The notes beneath the pieces are model-generated. The model did no database searches, had not been told where the DNA came from, and saw nothing but the letters and a program-made list of their open reading frames with translations. Made by a program: the position numbers and the translations under genes. 64,000 nucleotides of DNA from a virus: IMG/VR virus record IMGVR_UViG_3300046747_000672, positions 32,001 to 96,000 of that record; one strand, written 5' to 3'. Shown piece by piece: positions 1 to 11,757 of this stretch. The first letter of the stretch is position 1. Each line of letters begins with the position of its first letter.

Positions 1-744
1 GAAACTGCTGAGTCCGGAGTGTGCCCACGATGCGGCGCATCGAGCGCAATACGGCTCCATTTCCCCTGTCGCAAGCCAGAAGCACGAAGCGGCGCCGTTG
101 CACACGACGCATGGGGGGAACGTTCTGTTGTTCATCTGCCTGCCTCCTTCGCCCTGCCCTTCGCCCGCGCCACCCTCTCATACCCCCGACACGCATCCTT
201 CGCGAACCTCGTCGCCAGCGTCTCCAAGCCAGCAGCGGCGAGGAGCTCGGAAAGGCGGAGCGCTGCGTCGGCGGTGGGAGTGGGAGAGACGGGTCGGTCG
301 GTGGCTGTCATCGGACCCACCACGCTGCCCTGTTCGGCGTCTCTGCCGACGCAGCGCTACGGAACGTTCGTTCGCCGCGCGCCTTCCATTTGTTGTCCGC
401 GGCGGTGAATGCGCCTCTCGCTTCGGCGCGCAGAATCTGCATTGCCTGCTTGCGCATCTTCGGCAGAAGACCTTCTAGCGTCATCGGCACGGAAGAACGG
501 AGAGTCGACGCTGAAGGATTATTGAGGTGCGCCGTCGCGAGCTCGAGTGCGAGCTCCTCGACCGCCGTAGCGTTCAACGCGGACGGTTTCATCGCGCACC
601 CCCAACCAGCCGCGCAAGAATCCGTTCCGCCGCAGCGGCATCAGCGTCGCGACGCGCTTTCAGATCCGCGAGGAGCGAAGACACCGTCAACGACGAAGCG
701 GGGACTCGGACGGTGGGTCGCTCGGTTGATTGCGTCGTGTTCAT
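1..744 (-). CDS. Cluster of four small hypothetical ORFs (589-744, 308-592, 132-311, 135 running off the left edge)
   Basis: ATGA stop/start overlaps at each junction; the last ORF is Cys-rich (CVVC..CARC). Confidence 0.65.
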
Positions 745-751
745 GAGAATC

Positions 752-780
752 ATCATGCGCCGAGACGCTAGCAAAAACAA
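752..780 (-). promoter_or_regulatory. Putative sigma70-type promoter giving a leaderless transcript for the ORF at 744
   Basis: TTGTTT-17 bp-CATGAT on the minus strand, ATG 7 nt downstream; AT-rich patch. Confidence 0.45.
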
Positions 781-834
781 GCATTAATTGTCTGGCTCAT
801 GCCGAATCCATTCCGAGTCAGTCATTCCGCCGTC

Positions 835-1026
835 TTACGGGGCCATTCCGTCGGCGATCCGAAGGAGCGTTTGCCTCGCCCATTCGACCAGCGTGCGAGA
901 TCTTGCTCGTTCCGAAGCGGCTTCCAGCTTCGCTCGCTCATCCTTCGACAGGCGGATGTAGAGCGGCGGGGCGTCTGTTGGAATCTTGAGAGGCGGGCGC
1001 CCGAGGCGCTTCGTTTTTTTGACCAT
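835..1026 (-). CDS. Ribbon-helix-helix DNA-binding protein
   Basis: GRPP..LYIRLSKDERAKLEAASERA..TLVEWARQTLL is a typical RHH/CopG-like pattern. Confidence 0.75.
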   Translation of the reverse strand: MVKKTKRLGRPPLKIPTDAPPLYIRLSKDERAKLEAASERARSRTLVEWARQTLLRIADGMAP

Positions 1027-1066
1027 GACACACGAACGTAACCCGGAGCGCTAGTTACTGCAAGCG

Positions 1067-2962
1067 TCAGCTCGTCCGCCACCTCTTCGCCCTCTCATGC
1101 GCATCGACGTCCCCGGGCGCATCGCAGTGGATGCCGCACTTGCCGCACAGCGTGCACCCGCCAGCCGCCTGGCAAGGGTGACCACACGGGAGCGGCGGCG
1201 GGACGATCGCCTCCGCGTAGGCGCGCGCTGAGACGGTCTCGCTGGCGGCGACGCCGAGGACGACCCAGTAGGTCCGCTGCCCGTCATGCTCGCTCGTGCG
1301 GACGCTGACGCGCCCGTGAACGCCGAAGCGCCTGGAGACCTCGACGATGGCTTCGACGAGCCGAACGATGACGACGGGCCACGGGCGAGCGGCGGGGTGG
1401 GTCGACATGCGGGGAGGATATCGCAGGTCGGAGCGGCGCGCGGTCGGGCCTGCGTCGCTACCATGGCGGCCTGAATGTCCTGCCAGCGAGCCAGACGATC
1501 ACGGCAACGGCGGAGCCCCCGACGAGCACGCCAAGGATGAAGAGCGTCAATGGGCGCCGTCCTCTCCGACGTCCCACCCAGGTCGCTCATCATCAACGAG
1601 GGTCCTGTCGGAGGTGCACCACCCGTCGCAGACGAACCACGGCACGTCGAGCGCGAGAATGGCGTGTCCTTGCCGGTCTCGGCGGTACAGGTGGTCGTCC
1701 GGGAAGCCGGCCATGCCGCCACGGTGCGGGTCGAGCTCGTAGGCGGTGGCGCAGAGGAAGTGGAGGGCGAGGGTCACTTCGACTTCCTCGCACTCCCGAT
1801 CGACACCGTCCGCCTGTCGGTGACGTTGATCCCTGCCCGCTTCCAGTCCGGCCACGTGCGAACGACAGCCGCGACGCGATCTACGTCGCGCCAGAATGCG
1901 CGGCTTTCGGGAGTCGACAGGTTGCGGAGAATACGCCTCACGCGCAATCCTTCTTCGGCCGCATCGCCGCCAACCACCTCGCATGCGCCGCAACGTCCAC
2001 GCACTGCCAGCCCATGCATTCCGGCTCGTCGCAGTCGCACGGGGCGACGTCCTGCCCGTTCTCTCGCAGCCACTCGACCGTGACGTCAGAACGTTCGGCG
2101 TAGCCACGGAACCACGTTTCGCCTGCCTCATGCAGCGCTTGTCGCCACGCGTCGCTGCGTTCGTTGGGCGCGTTCAAGAACAAGACGACGTGGTCCATGG
2201 TTTCGTCGGTCCATCGTTCGCGCCACGCTGGCGCGTGATTCGTTGATGCGATGGCGGAGTCGTGCCCGTTATTCATAATCGCTACCCAAACCTCACGACT
2301 GCCGTCAGTGCTCCGAAGAAGTATGGCCACGCCTCCCAGCACATCCGGGTCGATGTCGCCGATCGTGAGCGAGTTTTGCTCTGCCAAAAGGATGGTGGCG
2401 CGTGCACGTTCGATTACTTGCGCCGCTGGAATCTCCGCGCCATCACCGTCCCAGTCGTACTCCAGGCGCGCAAGGCGATCGAAGCTGAGGAGATGGGATT
2501 GGTGGTCTGCATTCCTAGGGTTTGAATCGGACACTACCTTGCACTCCTTCTCGGGCAAACATGCCGCTCCCACCTCGCCAGCGCCCGACTCGCACGGACG
2601 GCGCCCGCGTAGAGCCGTCCTTGCCCGCATCGTAGGCAACCGACGGCGCACGGTCCGCGCGAGCCGATTCCGATCTGTCCGTCGGCTTGGTGGAGCATTT
2701 CGGCGAAGCGGGTTGCGATGTAGAGCCTACCAAACTCGCACCGAAGCGGGACGCGGTTGAGCGGCACGTCGTCGAAGAGCGCATCGAGAGCGTCGATCGC
2801 GTCTGATGTGATCGGCACCGTGTACGTCGTTTCGAACGAGGTCGCGGCCGGAAGCGGCGGCAAGTCTGCTGGTGCCTCGCGCTTGAACTCGTAGCTGAGG
2901 TCGCTGGCGGGCATTTCGATGCCGCCGATCGATATCGTCGAGAAGGTTGCGTGCGCGCTCAT
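1067..2962 (-). CDS. Hypothetical ORFs (1067-1408, ~1547-1850, 1938-2534, 2534-2962)
   Basis: Coupled minus-strand ORFs with natural amino-acid composition and CxxC motifs; some starts uncertain. Confidence 0.55.
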
Positions 2963-3390
2963 TCCCGAAACTCCTCCACGCGACGCCCCATCCCTTTTGC
3001 CTGATCGCAGCAATCCTTCGTGCCTGGGCCGCCGGACGGGAAGGCGACGACGAGTCCCGGACGAACCGTCCTGAGCATGACCCGGTTGCGCACGGGCCCC
3101 GCGGACCGGCACATCGGTCCGAGACGACACTTCGACGCGTGATAGCAGACGTGGACCGTCCACTCGGCGGCGAACGTCTTGCCATCCACTCCGCGCGCCT
3201 CCCGCCAGTTGCACGCGAACAGGTCGGCGCCCGTCTCGCATCCGCCCTCGGCGAGGTAGCCGATCGGCGTCTTCGCGTGGATGGCGTCCAGTGTCGTCCA
3301 TACGAATGCCTCGTTGGTGAGATCTCGGCCTCCGGTCACGACGAGAACGAGATCGTCGGCGCGGCGCGGGAGTTTCCCCGTGATGGTCAC
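2959..3390 (-). CDS. YspA/SLOG-family (DUF2493-like) protein
   Basis: VVTGGRD..EGG.GAD..AGPVRNRVM..VVAFP.GGPGT SLOG motifs. Confidence 0.85.
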   Translation of the reverse strand: MTITGKLPRRADDLVLVVTGGRDLTNEAFVWTTLDAIHAKTPIGYLAEGGCETGADLFACNWREARGVDGKTFAAEWTVHVCYHASKCRLGPMCRSAGPVRNRVMLRTVRPGLVVAFPSGGPGTKDCCDQAKGMGRRVEEFRE

Positions 3391-4807
3391 TTGGACCTCT
3401 CGCCGCTCGCTTGGGCCTCGTCGCGCTCCGCTCGCACGGCGTCGAGCTCGCCAAGCAGCGCCGTGATGTCAGCCTTTGCGCGCGGCGGGCAACAGTTCGA
3501 CGGGTCGTCGTGTCGTCCTCGGATCGCCGCCCCTTTCTTCGCCGTCAACCTGTCGCCCATTACTCTTCCTCCGTCGCCGGCATGAACTCGCACTCGTCGA
3601 TCGCTTTCCGGATCTTGCGCAGCGCCGTCGCTCGATCCTGAGAAACGCGCACGCCGAAATCGTTCATTGTGATGAGCCACCCAACTGCGTCGCGGCACCA
3701 GTCTGGCAGTTCATCGAGGCGTGACCGAAGCTGCTCGATGATAGGCACGTAGCGCTTCAATTCGACGACGTCACCCATTACGCCTCCTTCACTTCCGACC
3801 ACCTCGTCCAGTGCCACTCCTCGGTAGCGTGGCTCCAGATAGCTTTGCCCGCCTCTCCGTTCTCGAAGATGACGTCAATCGACCACCTGTCCGACTCCGC
3901 CTTTCTGAAGCCCGCCAGACTGCCATCCGGACCGTAGTATGGCCTGTCGCCTGATTCGACGGTCAGCGTGACCTTAGAAACGCGAAGCCTGCCGTCTGGT
4001 CCTGTTTTTGGGAGGTGGATGTGAGGCTTTTTCACGTGGATCTCTCTTGCTTGTGGTCGGTCACGCGATAACCCCAAAGCGGAGCCTGACGAAGCGCTCG
4101 ATGTGGTCGGCTACTTCCGCCGGGCCCGCACATCCTCTTGGCGAGTCGTCCGAACCGACGAAGGAGTCGTCTTTCGGCGGAGCCACACCTGGCGCAAACA
4201 AATATTCTGCGTCGTCTGTCGATATCCCAAAGATGCCAGAGGCGGCATGAAACGAAGCGAAGGAGCTATCGTCGGGCGTGCCATCCGATACGTAGACGTA
4301 CCCGTCGGTTCCTCGCTTGAGACGAAGCCCCGCCGCAGCAAGCTCCGGTATCGTCGTCGCCCATCCGAGCGCGCAGGCCGTCGTGCCGCACGATAGGTCG
4401 GGCGCGTCCTGCCAGTTTTGGCCGACCCATCTGCCATAGTCGAAGCGCTCCACTGGCAGTGCTCGCAGCTTCGCCACGACCAACATCAGGCGGCGCACGC
4501 TTGTTTCTCTGTCCATCGTTTCAGCCATCCTCGTCCACGTCGTCGGTCATCCTGGGTCCTCCTCCGTATCGCTCGGGATGATCTCGCCCAGCGTCACGCG
4601 CTTCGGGTCCTGGTCGGCGAAACCGTCGAGCAACGACAGCGATCGTCCTTGTATCAGGTTGAACGCGAGGTGCTCGGCCACGTCCTCCGGCGTCATAAAC
4701 GGGTAGAACTGTGAGCGCCACTCGTCGGTCAGGACCGACTTCAGCAGCGCCGGCGCGATATCGATCTCGACGGTGAAGGTTGCGTAGAATTTTCGGTGCT
4801 TTGCCAT
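3387..4807 (-). CDS. Five small hypothetical ORFs (3387-3560, 3560-3778, 3778-4035, 4061-4528, 4547-4807)
   Basis: GGAG/GAGG RBSs and coupled stops/starts. Confidence 0.6.
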
Positions 4808-4813
4808 GGTCTC

Positions 4814-5251
4814 CTACTTCCCAATGCAGTCGTGGTCGCAGTCCGCGTCGTACGGGCCCATCGGGTGCCCGTTGGGGCAAACCGCCGTGCCAAAGGCCTT
4901 GCGACAGAAGCGATGCATTTCATCGACCGTCGTCGATAGCTCTCGCAGATCATCGCCGTGGACGTTCAGTTCCGCCATCCGCCGCACCATCCTCATCGCA
5001 AGCGGCTGCGCCTGAAGGTACTCCAGTGTCCCCTGGTCAAGCTTGCCGGATAGGGTCGCGAGTTCGTGGACCGGAACGTGGAGCAACGCGGCGAGCTTCT
5101 CCCAGCGTTCGCTCTTGATGCTGCGCCGTCCGTATTCGACGTCGTGCAGAAATGCACCGGACACGCCGAGCGCCGTTGCCAGCGCGCCCTGCGACATGCC
5201 CTGGCGCTTCCGAGCGGCACGGACCATGGCGCCGAATTGCTCGCGGCTCAT
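4814..5251 (-). CDS. XRE-family HTH protein
   Basis: FGAMVRAARKRQGMSQGALATALGVSGAFLHDVEYGRR. Confidence 0.9.
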   Translation of the reverse strand: MSREQFGAMVRAARKRQGMSQGALATALGVSGAFLHDVEYGRRSIKSERWEKLAALLHVPVHELATLSGKLDQGTLEYLQAQPLAMRMVRRMAELNVHGDDLRELSTTVDEMHRFCRKAFGTAVCPNGHPMGPYDADCDHDCIGK

Positions 5252-7974
5252 CGCTCTCCCATCTCCCTTCGCCGCCACCCCTGCACGACCTGCACGGCCC
5301 CATCGACAACAACGACCGGCCACAGGATGGCGGTCATCAGAATCGCCGCCCACGCGCCGTAGTCGCGCAGCGGGTAGCGCTCCACGCGGAAGGTAAGGAC
5401 GGCGTAGTAGGCGAAGGCCGCGAGGGCGGGGAGGAGGTAGAGGAGGATCATGTCGCCACAGCCATGCCGAACGGCGCCAGCCATTCGCGGCGACGCTTCC
5501 CCGTGAACCCGCACTCGTGGCAGCCGGCTCCTAGGTAGCAACCGGCCTTGTCGTCGTAATCGTAATACTTGGCGTTTTCCATGCACTCTCCCAGTTCGCA
5601 ACAGCCGGAGCACGAGTCGGTCCACCGGACGACGAAGTGGTCGGCGCCGTCCAAGGGGACCACCTTGTGGAGCGAACCGTCAGCGTCGCGTCGAAACCGT
5701 CCGATCATCGTCGCCTCGCGGAGCACATCGGACACCCTGAGGCTTTGAATCTTCGCGCCGGTTCGTAGGGTGCCGGTTGCACAGCCGTCATTACGCGTCC
5801 CCCGTGCCGAAACGCCAGCGCCTGCTGGTGCGTCAGAAACGCGCCGCATTTCCCGCACGCGAGACGGACTGGCTGGTAGAGGTCTCTCACTCGCCCTTCT
5901 CCATGGCGTCCGAGAGAGCGATCAGGTCGTTCTCGTCGAACTTGGCTTCGGCCAGCGGCGGCGCATCGGGTAGTCCGGCCACGAATGCGCCGAGTCGGTC
6001 TGGCACCGCGTCGAGCACTTCGACCGTGACGCGAACGCGGCTGCCGTCCAGCCCGCGAAACCATCCAGTGTCAGTCGGGCCATCCTGATCGCCGGCGATC
6101 TCCCCGTCGTCCAAATACTGCGACTGGCAGTGGTCGCACCATAGATGGACGGTGCCTTCGATTACGCGCTTCTCGCTCACGTCTTCTCCTCCGCCAGGAT
6201 TACCCCGAGTTCTTGCTCCGCCTCGTCGAGCTTGCCGCGCAGTCGATCGACCTTCCCCTTTGCTTTCGCCGCCGCGTCCATGCGCCGCAGCGCCTTCACT
6301 GCCATGTCCGCCGCGACCGATTCACTCGGAAGCTTCTTCGCGCACGCTGGGCACAAGACGCCGGTCATGTTCGCCGTCCAGCACTTCGTGCATTCGATCG
6401 AGCCATAGTAGGTCCAGCCAGATGACCAAAAGGCGGCGACGCCGCACGTGGAGCATCGCCATTTGAGCCGACCTGATGCGTCGCGCCCGACGGTGAAGTC
6501 GGTGTAGTTCTTGTGGGTGCAGTTCACGACGCCTCCGCTTCCTCTCCGACGGGCTCAAGCCCCCAGAGCCACGCGCCCCACTTCGGCCCGATCGCGCGCA
6601 GCGTCTCGGCGCTCATCTCGCACGTGAAGCAACCGCGCCCGTCGTCGGATGTGACGATGATGCCTCGCTTCTCGTAGGTCTCCCGTCGCACGAAGCGACC
6701 GAAGAGGTCGAGGCCGATGATCCAGCCGCGGTAGATCATCGCAACGCTCCGCTACCGTCGCTCAAGTGCGACAGCAGGTACGCGTCCAAAAACAGAACTG
6801 CATCGCCGGCCCAGCCGAGCGCATCTCCGTCGGTCCGCGCTTGCCGGATGGCATCGTCGGACTTCCATCCGGCGCTCATGAGCGCCGCCGCTTTCATCGC
6901 ATGGGCGATGAACTCAACAGCGAGAGCGCGACCCGAGGAGTTGGCGGGAGCGTAGTCGGAGGGGGAGAATTTGAAATCGGCTGTGGCCATCTACGCATCC
7001 TCGTCGTCGTTGCCATCGCTCAAATCGTCGTCGCGGTCGTCGCGGTCGTCGCATCGGCACATCAGGTCGCACATCCCGCCAGCGCAGACGCCGTCGCACG
7101 GGACGGTCGCGCACTCCTGGCAGCAGCGGCAGTCCTTCGCCATCTCTTCGTAGAACTCCGGAGGTGGGAGAAACGGGCCGTCGGTCATGCCGCCTCCGAC
7201 GGGTCGTCGGGCATGCACTTGCGACACCAGTCGGGCGCCCATGCGACGTGGAGCCAGCCGATCGAGAACTGGCAGTGCGGGCCGTCGTAGTAGTCGTGAT
7301 CCATCCCGAATCGGAAGCTGCCGGACACGTAGACGATGCCGTACCGAACCATGCGGCGGCCAAACTCGCCGTCGTCTTGGCGGTACTGCTCTACGAAGCC
7401 GAGCGACCACGGCTTGACCTCGAAAACCCAGCGCCACGCGCGGAGTGGAGCCCCCTCCCAGGCTGGCTCCGTCTCTGCCGTGGGGCGACCTGTCCAGAGG
7501 ATCATGGCGCCTCCAAACCGAGCAGCCCAAGGAACCGGAGCATGCTTTCCTGGGTGATGACGGCTTGCCCGTCGCTGAGACGCGCCACGTCGAGATCGAC
7601 TCCTGCGAGACGCAGCACGCCGATGTGCGTCGCGTAGGGGATGCCGTCGGGCGGGCCATCGGGTGGCGCCGCCTCGGTCCACTCGACGGTGTCGAAGAGG
7701 GCTTCGGCGGGAGTGCGGGTCATGCTCTTCACCAGTCCGCCGAGCAGAAGTATCCAGGCCCCAAATCGGCGCACCATTCGCCGCACGTTTTCGATCGTGT
7801 CAGCCCGCCATCATCGTGAAACTCGAAAACTCGGTCCGGCGGAAGTTCGTCGATCTCGGCATCATCGAAGTTTGGCTCGCTGCCGAGCACGTCGGCAGCA
7901 AGGGCGAGGCGCCAGGCTTCATCAGCCGTTGGCGCGATTACGTATTCAGAGTCGTCGATTCGCCAGAATTTCAT
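5248..7974 (-). CDS. Array of about 11 small hypothetical ORFs, several Cys-rich Zn-ribbon and one membrane protein (5248-5451, 5448-5708, 5705-5890, 5887-6180, 6177-6527, 6524-6739, 6736-6990, 6991-7188, 7185-7505, 7502-7723, 7729-7974)
   Basis: Near-continuous ATGA/GTGA coupling with RBSs. Confidence 0.65.
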
Positions 7975-8072
7975 TGCCGGTCTCCTTTTCGCCCACCACT
8001 CCGGATCGCAAACGTGGCAAGCGCCACAGCCGCCAGCGATGACTGGGCAATCACGCTCAATTCCGTTGATGG

Positions 8073-8669
8073 TCATACGGACCCTCCCGCTCGCGAATAC
8101 GCAAGCGCCAACCGCGTCCGCAGTTCGGCAACGTTGCTCCCGTCGTACCGGAGCACCCGCGAGTCCTCCTCGTAGCCGCCCGGCGCGTACTCCGTGTTCC
8201 ACGGCTGCGCGACACAGACGACAATGCCGCGCGGTCGCACCTTAAGCCAGCTCTCGAAGTATGGCGGGTAGTCGTCGACAAGCACGCGACCGTAGACGAA
8301 CGACTTGTCGCTCGTGACCGTGACGATGGCGTCAGGAAGATGCTGCCGGCACCACTCGACCTTCTCGCTCCACGCCGAAGGCGTAGCCGATGGTCCCTTC
8401 GTAAGGACGTGCAGCGAGAAGCCGACGTCCCGAAGTTCGGACACGACCTCGAGCCCGGCTCCGAGCGGCAGCAGGTTGCGCCAGAAGCCGGGCTGGCGCT
8501 GGATGAGCTTGCGTCGCGCCTCGATGTGGGGCGGTTCTTCCGAGTCGGCGTAGCGCCGCCCGCACGGCTCTTCGGATGGGGCCTGGAGCGCGCACATGGC
8601 GTTGCCCATCGCGCCGTCGTAGTCGGCGATGGTGCCGTCAAGGTCGACGAGGGCCCAGAGGTCCGTCAC
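8073..8669 (-). CDS. 5'(3')-deoxyribonucleotidase (NT5C-type HAD); reading frame stays open upstream to 9041
   Basis: LVDLDGTIADY, GFWRNLLPL, AWSEKVEWCRQHL, DKSFVYGRVLVDD, QPWN motifs; GAGGA RBS before the GTG at 8669. Confidence 0.85.
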   Translation of the reverse strand: MTDLWALVDLDGTIADYDGAMGNAMCALQAPSEEPCGRRYADSEEPPHIEARRKLIQRQPGFWRNLLPLGAGLEVVSELRDVGFSLHVLTKGPSATPSAWSEKVEWCRQHLPDAIVTVTSDKSFVYGRVLVDDYPPYFESWLKVRPRGIVVCVAQPWNTEYAPGGYEEDSRVLRYDGSNVAELRTRLALAYSRAGGSV

Positions 8670-9037
8670 GTGGTCCTCGCAGTCTCGGAACTGGCGCCGC
8701 GACCGGAGCACGCGACCGGGAGCGCCTCGTCGCCAAATCGGCCACCGCACCGAGGTGCAGACGTTGTCGAGAGCAAAGTCGTGGCCGACGCTCGCTCTGG
8801 CTTTCGCGAGCGCAGCGTGCCCCTCGTCGGTCATCTCGTAGCAGATGCGCCAGCGCTCGGGCTGAATCGTGAAACCGTCGCCGTCAACCATGGCGCCGAG
8901 TTCGGGCAATTCGCAGAGCCAGCCTTTCGCGACCAGTCGTCGGATGACGCGCAACGGAGTGGATCGCGACGATGCAATTGACCAGCCGAACTTGGCGTTG
9001 TGCTCGGCTCGTTTAAGGACGGCGAATTCGGATCGGG

Positions 9038-9501
9038 TCACAGGTATTCCTTCCTCTCTGTTCGCGCCGTGAAGCACCGCCTGCCGCACCGCGCGCCAGC
9101 GACCTCGACGCGGCATCCGCCAAGACGGGTCTCGTCGCTGCTTCGCATGACGCGTTCGCGATCCGCCGGGTCGCCGAGATCCTCGGACTCGCGCTCGACG
9201 TGACCGGCAGAGCAGACCCACGTCGTGGTCATGACGACGGCGTAAGGCGGGTCGTAATCGCCCATATCGGTGCCTTCGTCCCAATCGGTGGCGGTCAAGG
9301 CTTCCCCTTTGCGCCGGATGCCGGGAGGCATCACTTCACGCCTCCGTCAACGTCGCGCGACACGCATTCGCAGCCGCCAGACGGCGAATAGCGGAGCATG
9401 CGGGCTCCGCCGCTCACGCAGGCACGTCCGCAGACGGCGATCTCGTCGTTCATGCACGCGAGGAGAAGGAAGGGGAGGAGGACGATGACGAGGCGAATCA
9501 T
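9038..9501 (-). CDS. Two small ORFs: 9038-9334 hypothetical and 9331-9501 putative lipoprotein
   Basis: The second has a hydrophobic N-terminus ending LLAC (lipobox-like). Confidence 0.55.
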
Positions 9502-9986
9502 GCAGTCCTCCTACCCGCGCGCACCGGTCGCGCGAGCACGCCCATCGCCGTCGGGATGTGGTGGTCCTGGAGACCGGTCTGCGAGTCGGTCCGCACCAGT
9601 CGGTCGGCGAGGTGCGCCATGTCGCTCGAGTCGTCCAAGATCACGAACGACCGAACGTCGGCGCCGTCGCGGCTCAGCCAAGCTTGGATCTCCCGCCCGC
9701 GCGGCACGCTGCCCCAGAGGACCGGCGTCGCCCCGATCACGTCACCCGTGAACCCGCGCGAGTCGAGGAGGCGCTGGAGGTCCTTGATGGTGCGCCCGAT
9801 GCGCCACGTCGAAGAGACGACGACCTGCGCGCCCGCGAGGGCGAGGAGACGGTTCAGCCGGGCGACGAGGCCGCGATCGATGCGTTCGTCGCCGGAGACG
9901 GGGGAGCCGTGGAGGGCGTAGTGGTGGGTGAAGGTCTCGACGGAATTCAGCACGCCGTCGAAGTCGAGAAATACGAGCGGTGTCAT
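9498..9986 (-). CDS. HAD-domain phosphatase (Swiss-Army-Knife RNA-repair HAD_SAK-like)
   Basis: VFLDFDGVLNS, VVVSSTWR, RGREIQAWL, FVILDD..DM, RTD..TGL. Confidence 0.85.
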   Translation of the reverse strand: MTPLVFLDFDGVLNSVETFTHHYALHGSPVSGDERIDRGLVARLNRLLALAGAQVVVSSTWRIGRTIKDLQRLLDSRGFTGDVIGATPVLWGSVPRGREIQAWLSRDGADVRSFVILDDSSDMAHLADRLVRTDSQTGLQDHHIPTAMGVLARPVRAGRRTA

Positions 9987-11308
9987 GCGGGCTCCTTCGT
10001 TGGGACGTCGAAGTCGCCCCACATCGCTCGGTCGATGTTCGACGGCGCCGATAGCCGGTCCGCTTCGTTGCGGATCTGGTTCAGCTTGCGCTCGAGTGCC
10101 CGAACGGCGGCGTCCCGGCTGCGATGGTAGCCGGCGGTGACGCAAAGGTCGGCGGCAAGCATCGCCGTTGCGGACCACCACACGCCGGACGTGACGGCGA
10201 TGCAATCGACTTCGATCTGGCGAGGGGGGCGATTCATGCGGGGCCTTTCGGGCCGACCGGCTCCGCGTCCGAGCTCCCGGCAGCGATTGCTGCGTTGCAT
10301 GCGGGACAGTCGCTCTCGGCAGGGAGACCGTCGATGCACATGAGCGCACCATACCCGTCGAGAGCTCCTTCCACGATCGATGCAGGGAGGAGGTCGCCGA
10401 CCAAGTCACGCCGCCGGAATTCGATTTGGAGCCGGAGCATCTCGCCATGAAGGAGCTCGGCGGCGGCGCAGACGAGATGGACGCTCTCGCCTTCAGCGCC
10501 GTCGTTTCCTTTCCAGTTCTCTCGAAGGAACTCGATCGCGGACGTCAAGGCGCGCATCTGCACCGGGTTTTCTTTCGTGTGTTTCATGCGGGCTCCTTGT
10601 TCAGCCGGACCTCGAACTTGAACCTCGCCCACACCGTCGGGAAGGCAGCCTTGGCGAGCGCGATGCCGCGGTCGAAGTCGATGGCCTCGTCGAAGACGAA
10701 GACGCTGTTCGACCCGGGTCGACCGTCGACCGAGTAGTCCCAGAAGGCGATGGCGGTCCAGTTCGTCCCGCGCTCGTCGCGCGCAAGGTGGATGGCGGCA
10801 AGACCTTCCGGTGCACGCCGATCGCGCGTGCCCGGGGGGACGAGTCCGCCGTCGGTCTTCTCGCCCCACGGGAGCTGGTAGAGCGTGCGGCTACGGAGCC
10901 AGGTCGGACGGTAGTCAGGAGCGGTTCCGGGCCCCCACAGGTAGTGCCCCTTGTCGCCGACGCAGCCGAAGTAGAGGACGCGCATCAGGTGGGCTCCTTC
11001 GGCAGCAGTCCGTAAGCACGCTCGCCCTTTTCGCCGCCGCTCCGCCTGAGATCGACATGGGTCCAGGCGCGATGAAAACCTGCCTCGCGCAGCGCAAGCT
11101 GCCCGGCATCGTCAAGGACGAAGTCCTCGGGCACGCCGTAGATCTCGATCGAGCGGTCGTAGTAGTCGGTCGTGAAGTCGTCCCAGCGGTCGCCGAGGAT
11201 CGACTGGAGAATGTCGAGTAGTTCATCCTCGGCGCGCGAGGCGGCGCGCTCGGCGGCCCAGAGGCGATCGGCGAGGGGGAGCGAGGTGGCGTCGACGGGG
11301 ATGGTCAT
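9983..11308 (-). CDS. Four hypothetical ORFs (9983-10237, 10234-10587, 10584-10985, 10985-11308)
   Basis: Coupled ORFs; AAGGAGCC RBSs at several junctions. Confidence 0.6.
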
Positions 11309-11757
11309 GCCGCCTCCCATCGGAACTTGCGCTGCGTCGGATGGAGATCGACGCGCGGGCGATCGGGGCGGTTCCAAGAACCGCCCCCGGCCTCGCCGAT
11401 TAGTTTCCACCCAGAAGCGCGCAAACTGGCGCCTCCTTCCTCCGGAAGTGTGTAGGTGACCAGCCGCCGATACCCCATCGAGCGCGCCGCTCGCCAACAT
11501 GCGGAGTAGAGGAACGAGCAGGCGTTCCTCTCGCCCGTCGAGCAGAGCCTCGTGACCTCAGCGGTCCAGCCGTCTTGGAGATTCCTGGCGACGGGCCGAC
11601 CCACGATTGCGACTGCGACCACGGCGGAGCCGATGGCGGCGCCAAGGGCGAAGAGTCCGCCCCGTGGCGGACGATGGTGCCGGTGATGCTCGGCAACGAA
11701 GACCGACGCTTCGCGAAGCGAGATGGGGCAGAGAGCGAGCCGCTCGGCGAGCGTCAT
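11305..11757 (-). CDS. XF1762-family / Mom-like GNAT-fold protein (putative DNA-modifying acetyltransferase)
   Basis: HHRHH..P.G, VAIVGRPVAR, EVTRLC, NACSFLY.ACWRAAR.MGY.RLVTYTL.EE.GASLRASGW. Confidence 0.8.
   Translation of the reverse strand: MTLAERLALCPISLREASVFVAEHHRHHRPPRGGLFALGAAIGSAVVAVAIVGRPVARNLQDGWTAEVTRLCSTGERNACSFLYSACWRAARSMGYRRLVTYTLPEEGGASLRASGWKLIGEAGGGSWNRPDRPRVDLHPTQRKFRWEAA

Noticed and set aside
1459-1550. Possible frameshifted small membrane protein (MTLFILGVLVG.. / ..SAVAVIVWLAGR)
   Set aside because: Too short to distinguish a pseudogene from a sequencing error or chance
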